In this document: one piece after another, positions 38,319 to 47,775 of the stretch
Position numbering within the stretch: the stretch's first letter is position 1
Layout of the letters: each line of letters starts with the position of its first letter
From: an uncultured virus (IMG/VR IMGVR_UViG_3300042866_001374)
Lineage: Duplodnaviria > Heunggongvirae > Uroviricota > Caudoviricetes
Strand: one strand, 5' to 3'
DNA: 64,000 bases
IMG/VR virus record: IMGVR_UViG_3300042866_001374
Position numbers and translations under genes: made by a program
Notes under the pieces: model-generated
What the model was told of the DNA's origin: nothing
Seen by the model: only the letters and a program-made list of their open reading frames with translations
Database searches by the model: none

Positions 38319-39043
38319 TAATTTACTTCATTATTGTTTTCAGCATTATAGAAATTTCCATACTTAAAATCATTAAAAGTATTTGTGGGTAATGGTTCTA
38401 AGTGTTGCATACTATCAATTGCAACATCTCCAGCTATACTAATTCGATATTCGTCACTAGTATGATATGGATAAACAATATGATTGAATTCTCCAGGGAA
38501 TAAAATCATAGTTCCTTCATAATTCTTACCCAATCTATAGGGTTTTTTTTGAATTCTTCCAACAGAATCAAGATAACAAATAGTCATATTTCCAGATTCT
38601 GGATATAATTCTGCAAGTTCTTCAGTTTGCTCATCCTGATATTCAAAAGGTATCTTCATCCAAATAATAAAGCTCCAAATAGATTGGTGATTATGTATTG
38701 GTTGATATTCTCCTGCTCTTGAAATTCTGGTCCAAAAGCGATTAAGGCAAGGAATTGGATAATGAGTTGTTTTACAACTCATTGGATATCCCCAACGACT
38801 AATATAAGAATTAACTGCTGGAATTAAAACTTCAGACTCAAAAAGTTTAGTTGTATCATACAAAGCCCATTGTTGATAAGGTCCCCTTTCAACAACGTTA
38901 TTATCTTTATCAAGTATCCACCCATCATTAACAGTAGACTTTTTGATATAAGACCAAAGTAAATCAATATGATATTTGTATAATTGAAACTCAAGTATAC
39001 CTGGATTAATATGTGGTGTGAATTTATATTCGTAGGTAAGCAA
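38318..39043 (-). CDS. Putative 2OG-Fe(II) oxygenase
   Basis: YQPIHNH, SFIIWMKIP, LFP…HIVYP…RISIAGD. Confidence 0.72.
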   Translation of the reverse strand: MLTYEYKFTPHINPGILEFQLYKYHIDLLWSYIKKSTVNDGWILDKDNNVVERGPYQQWALYDTTKLFESEVLIPAVNSYISRWGYPMSCKTTHYPIPCLNRFWTRISRAGEYQPIHNHQSIWSFIIWMKIPFEYQDEQTEELAELYPESGNMTICYLDSVGRIQKKPYRLGKNYEGTMILFPGEFNHIVYPYHTSDEYRISIAGDVAIDSMQHLEPLPTNTFNDFKYGNFYNAENNNEVN

Positions 39044-39056
39044 GATAATTCTCCTA

Positions 39057-39197
39057 TCAAAAAACAGCAGTTACTCCAACAACTTTTGCGCCAGGATTAC
39101 GAGCGAGAGCAACTTGTCGGGCATCTTGATAATCCTTTGCAATCACTTCTTCCTTAAATACAGTTCCTGCCTTATACAATGTTACTTGACATTTCAT
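39057..39197 (-). CDS. Small hypothetical protein
   Basis: MKCQVTLYKAGTVF…ALARNPGAKVV (46 aa). Confidence 0.65.
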   Translation of the reverse strand: MKCQVTLYKAGTVFKEEVIAKDYQDARQVALARNPGAKVVGVTAVF

Positions 39198-40017
39198 AAT
39201 TAAAAAGCAATAGTTCTTTACGTTGTTTTTGCTCACGCATATATTCACCAACAGAACGCATTGTATAAGTCAAATCAAACTCAGCAGCGTTCCAGTCCTT
39301 AAATCGGTCTTTTACAAGTTGATCGGAGTTATAACTGATTAACTGATCCATATCGTTAGTATCGCAATCAGCAGCAAACTTATCGTGATCAAATCCTTTG
39401 TGCATTGATCCCTTACGCCCATAGAGGTTGTCCTTAATATCGTAAGGAGGATCGAGATACATAAAAGCACTCTTGTTTCCATCCATCAGATAGTCGTAGG
39501 AATAATTAGTTATACGCCAATTTTTAATTAAAGCAGAATACGCAGGCAGTTTTTCGATCCCGCGCATAGAGAAGTTGGAGTTCGATGCTTGTTCTGAAAA
39601 TGATGAACTCTCTGTGAGACCACTGAAGCTACACTTATTAACAACATAAAAAGCCACAGCACGATCAAAACTGGGCATATTTTTGTCATTTACATGCTCC
39701 TTTGACTTTAGGAAAAGTTCTTTAGCAAGTTCAGGAGTATTATACGCTAATTTACAATCAACTAACTCATTTTTTAAATCATTACCAAACATCTGAAGTT
39801 GTTGCCAGAAGTTTACCAATGGTTCATATAAATCATTTACCCAAATATCTAGGTTAGGATATTTTTTTGTGATATAAATCGCAACACTTCCACCACCAAG
39901 GAATGGTTCTCGGAACTCATTATAGTTACGAAGATCTGGAAAGTATGGTCCCATCTTCTCACAAGCACGAGACTTACCACCAGGATAACGAAGGGGAGTT
40001 TTAAGAGATTTCATCAA
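39172..40017 (-). CDS. dam: DNA adenine methyltransferase (Dam-like)
   Basis: LRYPGGKS, EPFLGGGSV, YLDPPY. Confidence 0.93.
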   Translation of the reverse strand: MMKSLKTPLRYPGGKSRACEKMGPYFPDLRNYNEFREPFLGGGSVAIYITKKYPNLDIWVNDLYEPLVNFWQQLQMFGNDLKNELVDCKLAYNTPELAKELFLKSKEHVNDKNMPSFDRAVAFYVVNKCSFSGLTESSSFSEQASNSNFSMRGIEKLPAYSALIKNWRITNYSYDYLMDGNKSAFMYLDPPYDIKDNLYGRKGSMHKGFDHDKFAADCDTNDMDQLISYNSDQLVKDRFKDWNAAEFDLTYTMRSVGEYMREQKQRKELLLFNYEMSSNIV

Positions 40018-40535
40018 AGGATCTCCTGAAGATTTTCAAGAATCTGTGCAGAAGTAATTTTTTTTTCTGCTGGTTTTACATTTGAAGCAAGAATAGTAAA
40101 ATCACCAGGAAGAAGTTTAAATTTTGCAACTGGAGATTTGGGAGTGAAGTAAACGCGCTTATTAACAGTTTCCCAATCAGTAACTCCAAGTGTCATAGAA
40201 TCAGTATCTACAAGGAGCATATAATCAAAAGTTTTTTCTACTACTTTTGTTTCCCCACGAAAATTCTTAAGATCGACAACACCAGTAGATCCATTTTTAT
40301 TAAACATTTTAAGTTTACCTTTCATCTCATAGTTAACTTCATCAGCGGAGACAAAATCAACTCCATCTTTAAAATCACCAACATATTCAAGTTGACCATC
40401 ACTCCACTTTGCAAAAGACTTTTCTTGCAACCAAGTGCGGAGAGTTTTAAATGCATTAGATTTCATTTGAGTTGTGTTAGTTGCTTTAACGCAACCAAAA
40501 AACTCTTCAAGGTTAATACGTTCAATGTTAATCAT
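40014..40535 (-). CDS. Hypothetical protein, possible PD-(D/E)xK nuclease
   Basis: DGVDF…NYEMKG pattern; overlaps the dam start. Confidence 0.6.
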   Translation of the reverse strand: MINIERINLEEFFGCVKATNTTQMKSNAFKTLRTWLQEKSFAKWSDGQLEYVGDFKDGVDFVSADEVNYEMKGKLKMFNKNGSTGVVDLKNFRGETKVVEKTFDYMLLVDTDSMTLGVTDWETVNKRVYFTPKSPVAKFKLLPGDFTILASNVKPAEKKITSAQILENLQEIL

Positions 40536-40550
40536 AATAAAAAATAAAAA

Positions 40551-40847
40551 TCAAAGGGATAGTTGTTTGCTAGGTGTGATGATTGGACTAAAAATTTGAT
40601 TATATTGTTCTACAATTTGATCTTGAGTCTCAGATACATAAACAACATAGTGTTTATTAATTGTAATCTCTTTCACTTCTTTACTAAGAAGAGGAGACCA
40701 AGGTGCAAACCCAAGTTCACCTCTTCCAGAAGGAACCGCAACAATTGGATTTGATAAAACAAGAGAATTTTCAGTCTCACTGATTAGATCAGCAATAACG
40801 TCTTCTCCAGTATTCAGTCTAATAAGTTTTACATTCATTGTGAACAT
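40551..40847 (-). CDS. Small beta-barrel (Sm-like) hypothetical protein
   Basis: VKLIRLNTGEDVIA…GFAPWSP. Confidence 0.75.
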   Translation of the reverse strand: MFTMNVKLIRLNTGEDVIADLISETENSLVLSNPIVAVPSGRGELGFAPWSPLLSKEVKEITINKHYVVYVSETQDQIVEQYNQIFSPIITPSKQLSL

Positions 40848-41074
40848 CCTACATGAATTTGAATTGATTTAAAGGCATTTGCCATTTCTTTGTATCCTAA
40901 ACCAATATATACTTGTCCAGTAACAACAGCGATTGCCATAGAACCCCAAAAGATATAGTACCACTTGGATTTAACTTGATGTTGTTTTTTGAGTTCATCA
41001 AGTTCCTCATGAATATCTTGATGATGAAACCTTAAAGGTTTTTGAATAAGTTCTTTGAGTTTTTTGTTTTTCAT
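40835..41074 (-). CDS. Hypothetical membrane protein
   Basis: 79 aa, one TM segment, overlaps neighbours. Confidence 0.65.
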   Translation of the reverse strand: MKNKKLKELIQKPLRFHHQDIHEELDELKKQHQVKSKWYYIFWGSMAIAVVTGQVYIGLGYKEMANAFKSIQIHVGCSQ

Positions 41075-42018
41075 TTAAACTCACACTCCACCATAATTTC
41101 AGTAAGAGCAGCAAGAAGATTTATTTCTTGGTCAGCCACGAATGCACATTGGTATTGGTACTTAGCAACAATAAGAACGGCAGCAGGAATAGATTGGGGT
41201 GAAAGATCATCAAGAGAGGAGTCATAAATCCTACGAAGTAAACTTGAAGCATCGTTATCCAAGTTCCCGACCACCCACTTTCGGACTTCAGTAAAGTTTT
41301 TAGTTTTGAGATTTTTAATAAGTTCATTTACATTAGTATCAGAGAATGATGCCAGGATTCCTGTATCAATTTTTCCACCAACAGCATAACGTTGGCACTC
41401 ATTAAGTACTCGCCTCCAATCTGGAAAATGCTTATTAACCAATTCAATCAGTACTTTTTGGTCATATTGAATTGACTCTTTTTGAAGGATGTCTTGAAGG
41501 CGAGTAAAAAATGCTGCAGCAAGTTTTGGTTTTTCCTTTGACTTAATTCCAAATTCGACGACTGCACATCGAGAATGGAGTGGTTCAATGATTTTGTTCT
41601 TGTAATTACAGGTAAAGATGAATCTACAGTTGTTAGCAAACTCCTCAATAGAAGCACGTAGGAGGAGTTGTACGTCGTTTGTTGTGTTATCTGCCTCATC
41701 AATGATGATGACTTTGTGTTTAGCAGTTGACGAAAGTGAGACGGTCGAAGCGAAGTTCTTCGCATTGTTTCGGACAGTATCGAGGAATCTACCTTCGTCG
41801 GATCCGTTAATGACATAAACATCTACTCCCAATTCATTACAGAGTGCTTTTGCCACCGTTGTCTTGCCACATCCAGCAGGACCAGCAAGAAGCAAGTTTG
41901 GCACTTCGCCTTTATTTAGAAAGTCTGTAAATGTTTTCTTAATATTCTCAGGGAGAATACAATCTTCAATTGTTTTGGGGCGATATTTCTCAACCCACAA
42001 AAATTCATCACGACTCAT
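41071..42018 (-). CDS. gp44: Clamp loader large subunit (T4 gp44)
   Basis: WVEKYRP, GPAGCGKT, IIDEAD, SRC. Confidence 0.96.
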   Translation of the reverse strand: MSRDEFLWVEKYRPKTIEDCILPENIKKTFTDFLNKGEVPNLLLAGPAGCGKTTVAKALCNELGVDVYVINGSDEGRFLDTVRNNAKNFASTVSLSSTAKHKVIIIDEADNTTNDVQLLLRASIEEFANNCRFIFTCNYKNKIIEPLHSRCAVVEFGIKSKEKPKLAAAFFTRLQDILQKESIQYDQKVLIELVNKHFPDWRRVLNECQRYAVGGKIDTGILASFSDTNVNELIKNLKTKNFTEVRKWVVGNLDNDASSLLRRIYDSSLDDLSPQSIPAAVLIVAKYQYQCAFVADQEINLLAALTEIMVECEFK

Positions 42019-42024
42019 AATTTT

Positions 42025-42537
42025 TTATACCCAATCAGGTTTTCGTTCTGGCATACGAAGATAATTAGATGCAACCCAAGATTTGGATGCGATATACATC
42101 TTGTAAGCAGTAAAAGTGTCAATGCTTGTGTCAAGTTTATACTCATCAGGCATCGCTCTCGCAAACGGTGTTACTTCAGTAATCTTTCCTTTAGGAAAAA
42201 GATAATAAGCATCCACAAGTGTTTTATAACAAGAGTGAATCTTATTATAGCGAAGGGCGTACTCATCTGACAAGTTAAGTCCCCACTTAATTAACCAGTA
42301 GGCATTGTGGATTGATTCCATTGCCCACTTTGTACATGGATGATTACGGAATGCTCCCTTCTCTGTCTTGTATGGCGTTCCATCAGACTTTGGAAGAGTT
42401 CCGTATCCATGTCCCCATTTGTCAGATGCCACGATAGAGAGCATCTGACAGCACTCTAATGGCATTTTGACAACGTGTTTATCAGGGAGACAGACAGCAC
42501 TTTCAGCAGGCCAAGGAGAGGTTACAAAAATGTTCAT
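42025..42537 (-). CDS. Pyrimidine-dimer DNA glycosylase-like conserved protein
   Basis: MNIF, DKHVVKMPLE, NHPCTKW, EYALRYNKIH, AMPDEYK. Confidence 0.65.
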   Translation of the reverse strand: MNIFVTSPWPAESAVCLPDKHVVKMPLECCQMLSIVASDKWGHGYGTLPKSDGTPYKTEKGAFRNHPCTKWAMESIHNAYWLIKWGLNLSDEYALRYNKIHSCYKTLVDAYYLFPKGKITEVTPFARAMPDEYKLDTSIDTFTAYKMYIASKSWVASNYLRMPERKPDWV

Positions 42538-43226
42538 CCAAATGTTGAATCAGGTTCCAGAGCAATATAATACTTCAGGTCATAATCCTTACTGTCAAAA
42601 CGTGACAAAAGTTTACTTGAGATGCTGACCTGATATGTTCCAGGAATAATCTTAATATTTTCTACTTTAAAATTAAAGCAGAAGTTAAGTTCAGTCTCAC
42701 CCACAATAACTTGGAAGTCATTAGAGGTATCATTCTTTTTATCGCGGACCACAATCTTAACAACACCTGCTTCACCGATAACAGACAAATCAGGAAGTTG
42801 GAAGATATTAGCAGCTTTAATAAGACGAGTCAGTTGATCGGAAGTAATGCTAAACGATACGTCTTCAGAAGGAAGAATAAGTTCTTTTTCTGGAGGAGTA
42901 ATAATTACGTTTGGATCAGCAAAAAAGTAATTTGAACGAGTTTTACCCTCACGAATTACAACATAACTATCATGAGTAAAGTCAAGTGCAGGATCTTTAT
43001 GTAGATCCAATCCATTCAAAAATTGATTGAGATCGTAAATTCCAAAGTCTTTAGGGATCTCTTCGGTGATGTCTGCTTCTGCAAGAATGTTCTTCATAAC
43101 ACTAATGGTGCGAAGCTTACTACCTTGTTTAAAAAGAATAGATTGATTAATGTTAGAAAAGTTCTTTAGAAGATTCAGAGTTTTATCAGAAAGTTTCATA
43201 GTTTGGGAGTTCAAATTCATAATCAT
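42534..43226 (-). CDS. gp45: Sliding clamp (T4 gp45)
   Basis: LKNFSNINQSI, FGIYDLNQFL, YYIALE; true start may be 43199. Confidence 0.95.
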   Translation of the reverse strand: MIMNLNSQTMKLSDKTLNLLKNFSNINQSILFKQGSKLRTISVMKNILAEADITEEIPKDFGIYDLNQFLNGLDLHKDPALDFTHDSYVVIREGKTRSNYFFADPNVIITPPEKELILPSEDVSFSITSDQLTRLIKAANIFQLPDLSVIGEAGVVKIVVRDKKNDTSNDFQVIVGETELNFCFNFKVENIKIIPGTYQVSISSKLLSRFDSKDYDLKYYIALEPDSTFG

Positions 43227-43768
43227 CGAAATTCGGAAAGACCATTGTCTTTGCGAGAATAATGCCCATCAAAGTGAAGGAGTAGCATGGCATAGTGAAT
43301 GACTTTCATCAGGTCACGTTTGTTGCGACCATCTTTGTCACCATAACGACTGCCATATTTAAGAATATTTGCTTGACAAAAACCAGGAGCAAGATCCTTA
43401 GCTGCCATCAAATCAATAGTTTGAATGTCTTTGTGATCTTGATTGTGCCCACAGTAATGACTACCATAAGTGCTAGTCACATAATCCTCAATATCTTTGA
43501 GGATTTTATCTTCATTGTATTTCCAAAGATGATTTTTAGTTTCACTCATATTAAGATTAAAAGTGTAAGGTGAATTCAAAGTAAGGTGGTCATCACCCAT
43601 ACCACCAGGGAGTCTAGATCCAAGAACAATCATGTCTGGTGAAGGATTGGGATTACCTGTTAAACTAATTCCATCTTCAACCCAAAAATCTTGATTTGAT
43701 AAGTTAGACATTAAATTAAAATCGTTTTCTGAATAAGGATGTTCGTCCATAATAAAGGGGAGGGTCAT
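43223..43768 (-). CDS. Conserved phage protein (DUF3310-like)
   Basis: TYGSHY, QANILKYGSRYGDKDG, DLMKVIHYA. Confidence 0.75.
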   Translation of the reverse strand: MTLPFIMDEHPYSENDFNLMSNLSNQDFWVEDGISLTGNPNPSPDMIVLGSRLPGGMGDDHLTLNSPYTFNLNMSETKNHLWKYNEDKILKDIEDYVTSTYGSHYCGHNQDHKDIQTIDLMAAKDLAPGFCQANILKYGSRYGDKDGRNKRDLMKVIHYAMLLLHFDGHYSRKDNGLSEFR

Positions 43769-43783
43769 AATTTACCTCCCCCA

Positions 43784-43812
43784 ATTATATCAGAATGGGG
43801 TGGGTTGGTCAA
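43784..43812 (-). promoter_or_regulatory. Sigma70-like early promoter
   Basis: TTGACC-17 nt-TATAAT. Confidence 0.75.
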
Positions 43813-44923
43813 TGTATTCTGCAGTCAGTTCAGGACCAGTAGAAGGCATTTGGAAGTCAGCATCCACTTTATCATACAGTTCCAGGAAGGACTGTTTGGT
43901 TTCGTCATCAAAACGATTCACACACACTTGGATTGCCTTTGCCTTGTCTTGGAAGATGCTATAAGCACGAATGATATGGACAAGACGGCGGGTGCTAATG
44001 ATTTCATCAATACCACCATCGTAGAAGGTCTTGCGAATGATGTCTGCCCAGTCAACCAGGCGCTTACAGAAGTCGCGGTCTTCCACGCCAAGGTCCAGAG
44101 CAATGCCTTCCAGAATCTTCTGTTCAGTAGCAGGAGCAGGATAGGACTGCTCAAAGGTCACAGGGAAACGCTCAAGGAATGCTTCGTTGAGAACGTTAGT
44201 GCCGATGAAGCGACCATCATCACTACCCTTACCTTTGGTGTTAGCGGTAGCAACAACGTTGAAACCCGCAGCGGGTTTGACATACTTACCAATTTTCTTA
44301 AGGAAGACACCCTTGCCTTCCAGAACAGACTGAAGGCAGAGGATTTTATTGGAGGCAAGGTCAATCTCATCCAGAAGCAGAATTGCACCACGTTCCAGAG
44401 CTTCCACAACAGGACCATTGTGCCAAACGGTCTCACCATTCACCAGACGGAAACCACCAATCAAATCATCCTCATCAGTCTCAATCGTGATGTTGACACG
44501 AATCATCTCACGCTTTAGTTGAGCACAAGCTTGTTCCACACTGAACGTTTTACCATTACCCGAAAGACCCGTAATGAACGTTGGATAAAACAAACAGGAC
44601 TGAATAATACGTTTAACATCTTTAAAATTACCAAACTGGACGAAGGTATCATCTTTGTCAGGAATAAGATTTTGTTCGATGGAAGGAAGAGCAGAGGGAG
44701 ACTGGAATGTACGTTCAATTTCATTGACTCGCTCTTGGGTTACCTCAAGATTCCAACGCCCACGAGAAGTTTTAAATTGCTCAAGGCGACGAGTCACTGT
44801 CTGATAATTCAGACCATGAGAAGCACAGAAACCCCTAAGATCGCCAGAAGTAATTTCAGAACCATAAAGTTCTTTGATGCTATCAAAAAGGGCTTCGTCG
44901 TTCACAGAAGATTTGCGAGACAT
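43790..44923 (-). CDS. cobS: MoxR/CobS-like AAA+ ATPase
   Basis: GLSGNGKT, LLLDEID, ATANTKGKG, NEAFLERF, ISTRRL. Confidence 0.88.
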   Translation of the reverse strand: MSRKSSVNDEALFDSIKELYGSEITSGDLRGFCASHGLNYQTVTRRLEQFKTSRGRWNLEVTQERVNEIERTFQSPSALPSIEQNLIPDKDDTFVQFGNFKDVKRIIQSCLFYPTFITGLSGNGKTFSVEQACAQLKREMIRVNITIETDEDDLIGGFRLVNGETVWHNGPVVEALERGAILLLDEIDLASNKILCLQSVLEGKGVFLKKIGKYVKPAAGFNVVATANTKGKGSDDGRFIGTNVLNEAFLERFPVTFEQSYPAPATEQKILEGIALDLGVEDRDFCKRLVDWADIIRKTFYDGGIDEIISTRRLVHIIRAYSIFQDKAKAIQVCVNRFDDETKQSFLELYDKVDADFQMPSTGPELTAEYIDQPTPF

Positions 44924-44955
44924 GATGTAGTTGGGTGGTTTGTTTCAACATAGTA

Positions 44956-45012
44956 ATTGTACACTGACTTTGAGGAAGATGGAGTTACCAGTGGACGGTT
45001 CTAAGATTGTCC
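44956..45012 (-). promoter_or_regulatory. Putative early promoter with upstream GAACyGTCCAC box
   Basis: GGACAATCTTAGAACCGTCCAC, then 29 nt, then TACAAT. Confidence 0.55.
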
Positions 45013-45165
45013 CATCTGCTCAAAGAATTTTTTAGATATTATTTTAGCGGTATATCCTGGGTAATACTTTTTTACCCAGGACTCCACTCCCATTGCTGTG
45101 ATTACACTATCACATAAAATGAATACTTCTTTAGTTTCTTCTTTAACTATGTGTTGCAAATTCAT
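45001..45165 (-). CDS. Small hypothetical protein
   Basis: Manual translation MNLQHIVKEETKEVFILCDSVITAMG… (54 aa); ATGA overlap. Confidence 0.55.
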   Translation of the reverse strand: MNLQHIVKEETKEVFILCDSVITAMGVESWVKKYYPGYTAKIISKKFFEQMGQS

Positions 45166-47318
45166 TTTGCTACCAACTCAATAAATTCATTAAGGATTTT
45201 TTTATTCATTTTTTTACCCCTAAGACTTTTAACAAAAGCGGATTTAATTTGTGATTTAGTAGCACATTCCGCAATGTCAAACTCACTATCTTGGGCAAGA
45301 GCAGTTGCAGACAATCCAAAATAAGTATTGTAGGAAGATTTTTTAATAGAAATTGTTTTTTCTTTTTTCCAAACGCTCATCATTTTATCCAATTCTTCTC
45401 CATACCAACCATAATAGCGACGAATAAAATTACCAGCATCCCTAGGTTCAAGGACACGAATTCCAATAAAGTTGATGTTTGAGAATTTGTCCCTAAGATT
45501 TTGAAGAAGAATTTCAGTAATCGTATGATGATTACCATCGAACGCATATGTATTCCCAGTTTTACGATCTCTTAGGTAAGCATTTGCTCCAATATGGGAT
45601 GTTCCCAAATATGGTTCAGATTCCCAATGACGCTTAACTTCGCGGTGATAGGTAACATTACAAGCTTCACCATCAGTAAGAATAACACATTGAACTTTTT
45701 GGAGTTTATTATCTTTTTGAAATTTTGGAAGAATTTGATGCAAAGCGATTAGAGATTCATTTAATGGCGTTCCCGAAAGACTAAGACCAGAAGGAACACT
45801 ATATTGACAATAAAAATGGCGATCAAATGAATGAGCAATTCGGAAAATATTTTTCATTTGTTCTTCCAGAATTTTTGAATTTGTTTTACTAGTCAACATA
45901 TTCATCAAAGAAAACCATTCTACAACTTGAATGAGTCCATCTCTTTTTTTATAAGATAGCATACGAAGATCTGCCTTTCCATCTGAACTATATTTGACCA
46001 AAGGATAATCGGTAGTGAATGCGTATACTTCAAAAGGAATTGAGACTTTTTTACAGAACCAAATCAGATTAAACAACTGTTTAATAGTATCGACAATTAC
46101 ATCAGACATTGATCCAGACCAGTCTAAAATAAACACCAATCCATGATTTTTTCCTTCAGCAAGAGTAGTTACTTTTTTAAAAAGATCTTCATTATGCTTA
46201 TAGGTATGAAGTTTAGAACAGTCCAAAACACCAGTACGAGCAACTGTCGATCGAGAATAAGAGTCAGCTGCTTTACGACATTCAAACTCTTTAACAAGAT
46301 ATGTAACTTCTTTTTGTGCTGATTTTTTAAATTCTTGATATCGCTTGTCCACTTCACCAAAAATATGTTCTTTAGAGAAGTTGTGATTTTCAAGAAACTC
46401 ATTCCAACTCTCACTACATTTAGAATGAATTTCGGAATTTGGAACAATAATTTTACCAAGATCTAGTTCGGGCAATTCTAGATAAACGTTTTCAAAACAA
46501 GAGTTATCTACAAGATCCTTAAGAGCTTCCTCAAGAGAATCCATAGTCTTAACTTCTGGTTCTTCAATATTCTCCGCACCAATAGGGGATTTGATAGTTT
46601 GTTCTCTTTGTTGAGACTTTTCTTGAGAATTAGCACCTCCAGAACCATCAGACTCTGGTTGGTCATTCTCACCTTCCTGCTGGTCAGTAAAGTCGGAAGC
46701 AGGTTGATTGTTAGCACCACTCTGCTGGGACTCAAGATTATCCAAAGAAATCTTGGTTTCTTCCTGTTGCTTGTGTTTACAATACTTATAGAGTTCCTCT
46801 GCTGCCACGAGCACATCAGCAAAGGTTTCAGTGTCGGCAATCAGATTGATAATTTCAGTCTCTTCACCACGCTCAATGGGAATATCTGTGTAGTTACCAA
46901 TCTTGAAATAAAGATTTGCGCGATCGGCAAGATTATAAGTTTCCAGTTTATCATCACCAATCTGGAAGAAATCATCATCGGCAAGTTCCTTGTAACCGTT
47001 ATAGAAGGTCTTGGCGAGACCAGCATAACGACGCTTCATCAGTTTCTCAATACGAGCATCCTCTACTACATTCACAAACTGTGGGGGAATCTTATGCTCC
47101 TTCAACCAGTCTTCATCAGGTGTATAGAGAGCGTGACCAACTTCGTGACCCACCAGAAGGTCATACACGGTGTTGCTTGCCTTCTCCCACATCGGCAGAG
47201 TCAGGACACGAGTATGAACATTAAAGCAAGCAGTCTCCACCTTCTTGTGCTCAACCACAAGGTCTTCGGTAGCAAGCAGCTTGGCGAGTTGGGACTTGAT
47301 TTCGTGGCGAACAGACAT
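45162..47318 (-). CDS. Metallopeptidase-like plus vWA domain protein (CobT-like partner of the AAA ATPase)
   Basis: HEVGHALYT, NVVEDARIE, vWA MIDAS DWSGSM, SGTPLNE, ILTDGE. Confidence 0.85.
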   Translation of the reverse strand: MSVRHEIKSQLAKLLATEDLVVEHKKVETACFNVHTRVLTLPMWEKASNTVYDLLVGHEVGHALYTPDEDWLKEHKIPPQFVNVVEDARIEKLMKRRYAGLAKTFYNGYKELADDDFFQIGDDKLETYNLADRANLYFKIGNYTDIPIERGEETEIINLIADTETFADVLVAAEELYKYCKHKQQEETKISLDNLESQQSGANNQPASDFTDQQEGENDQPESDGSGGANSQEKSQQREQTIKSPIGAENIEEPEVKTMDSLEEALKDLVDNSCFENVYLELPELDLGKIIVPNSEIHSKCSESWNEFLENHNFSKEHIFGEVDKRYQEFKKSAQKEVTYLVKEFECRKAADSYSRSTVARTGVLDCSKLHTYKHNEDLFKKVTTLAEGKNHGLVFILDWSGSMSDVIVDTIKQLFNLIWFCKKVSIPFEVYAFTTDYPLVKYSSDGKADLRMLSYKKRDGLIQVVEWFSLMNMLTSKTNSKILEEQMKNIFRIAHSFDRHFYCQYSVPSGLSLSGTPLNESLIALHQILPKFQKDNKLQKVQCVILTDGEACNVTYHREVKRHWESEPYLGTSHIGANAYLRDRKTGNTYAFDGNHHTITEILLQNLRDKFSNINFIGIRVLEPRDAGNFIRRYYGWYGEELDKMMSVWKKEKTISIKKSSYNTYFGLSATALAQDSEFDIAECATKSQIKSAFVKSLRGKKMNKKILNEFIELVAK

Positions 47319-47340
47319 TAGATTCGTTTGAACTCAATCA

Positions 47341-47397
47341 AGTATACAAAAAAATCCCTCTGGCAAAAGAGGGTGGTGGACAGTTCAAAAATTGGTC
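47341..47397 (-). promoter_or_regulatory. Putative early promoter with upstream GAACyGTCCAC box and overlapping hairpin
   Basis: GACCAATTTTTGAACTGTCCAC, then 29 nt, then TATACT. Confidence 0.55.
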
Positions 47398-47620
47398 AAC
47401 TGTCTTGGAATTTTTTATTAACTTCTTCCATAAATTGTTCAAATGTTCTTTGGCGCGGATTATAATTTGGGGTTACATCAGATCTAATTGGTCTTCCCCC
47501 AACGTTTGGTCCTAAATTTTGCCTTCTCTTCTTTTCAAACTCATGTTGCTTTGCTGGAGATCTTTTCTTTTTAGGAATTGGTAATCCAGTAATACCAATT
47601 TCAGTTTCGTCTTTTGCCAT
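47396..47620 (-). CDS. Hypothetical basic protein
   Basis: 74 aa; ATAAATA upstream. Confidence 0.65.
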   Translation of the reverse strand: MAKDETEIGITGLPIPKKKRSPAKQHEFEKKRRQNLGPNVGGRPIRSDVTPNYNPRQRTFEQFMEEVNKKFQDS

Positions 47621-47628
47621 AATTTTTT

Positions 47629-47775
47629 TTAAATATTTATGAAAAAAGAAGAAGCGTCTCGATTGAGACGCTTTTTAAGTGCTTGACGACGTGCCTTTGC
47701 TTGTCGGAGTGCTTGCGGTTTTAGTTTCCGCTTCTGCTCCTTTTTAGAGTGGTGTTGCCAATTGGGGGTGTTCAT
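47629..47775 (-). CDS. Small basic hypothetical protein
   Basis: MNTPNWQHHSKKEQKRKLKPQALRQAKARR. Confidence 0.55.
   Translation of the reverse strand: MNTPNWQHHSKKEQKRKLKPQALRQAKARRQALKKRLNRDASSFFINI

Noticed and set aside
43739..44518. 259 aa plus-strand ORF
   Set aside because: Antisense shadow of the AAA ATPase; no recognisable motifs
43790..44923. cobS as a cobalamin-supply gene for the B12 radical SAMs
   Set aside because: This ATPase is widespread in T4-like phages, is paired here with a vWA-peptidase, and there is no cobN or other corrin gene in the window
46599..47321. 240 aa plus-strand ORF
   Set aside because: Antisense shadow of the vWA/peptidase gene
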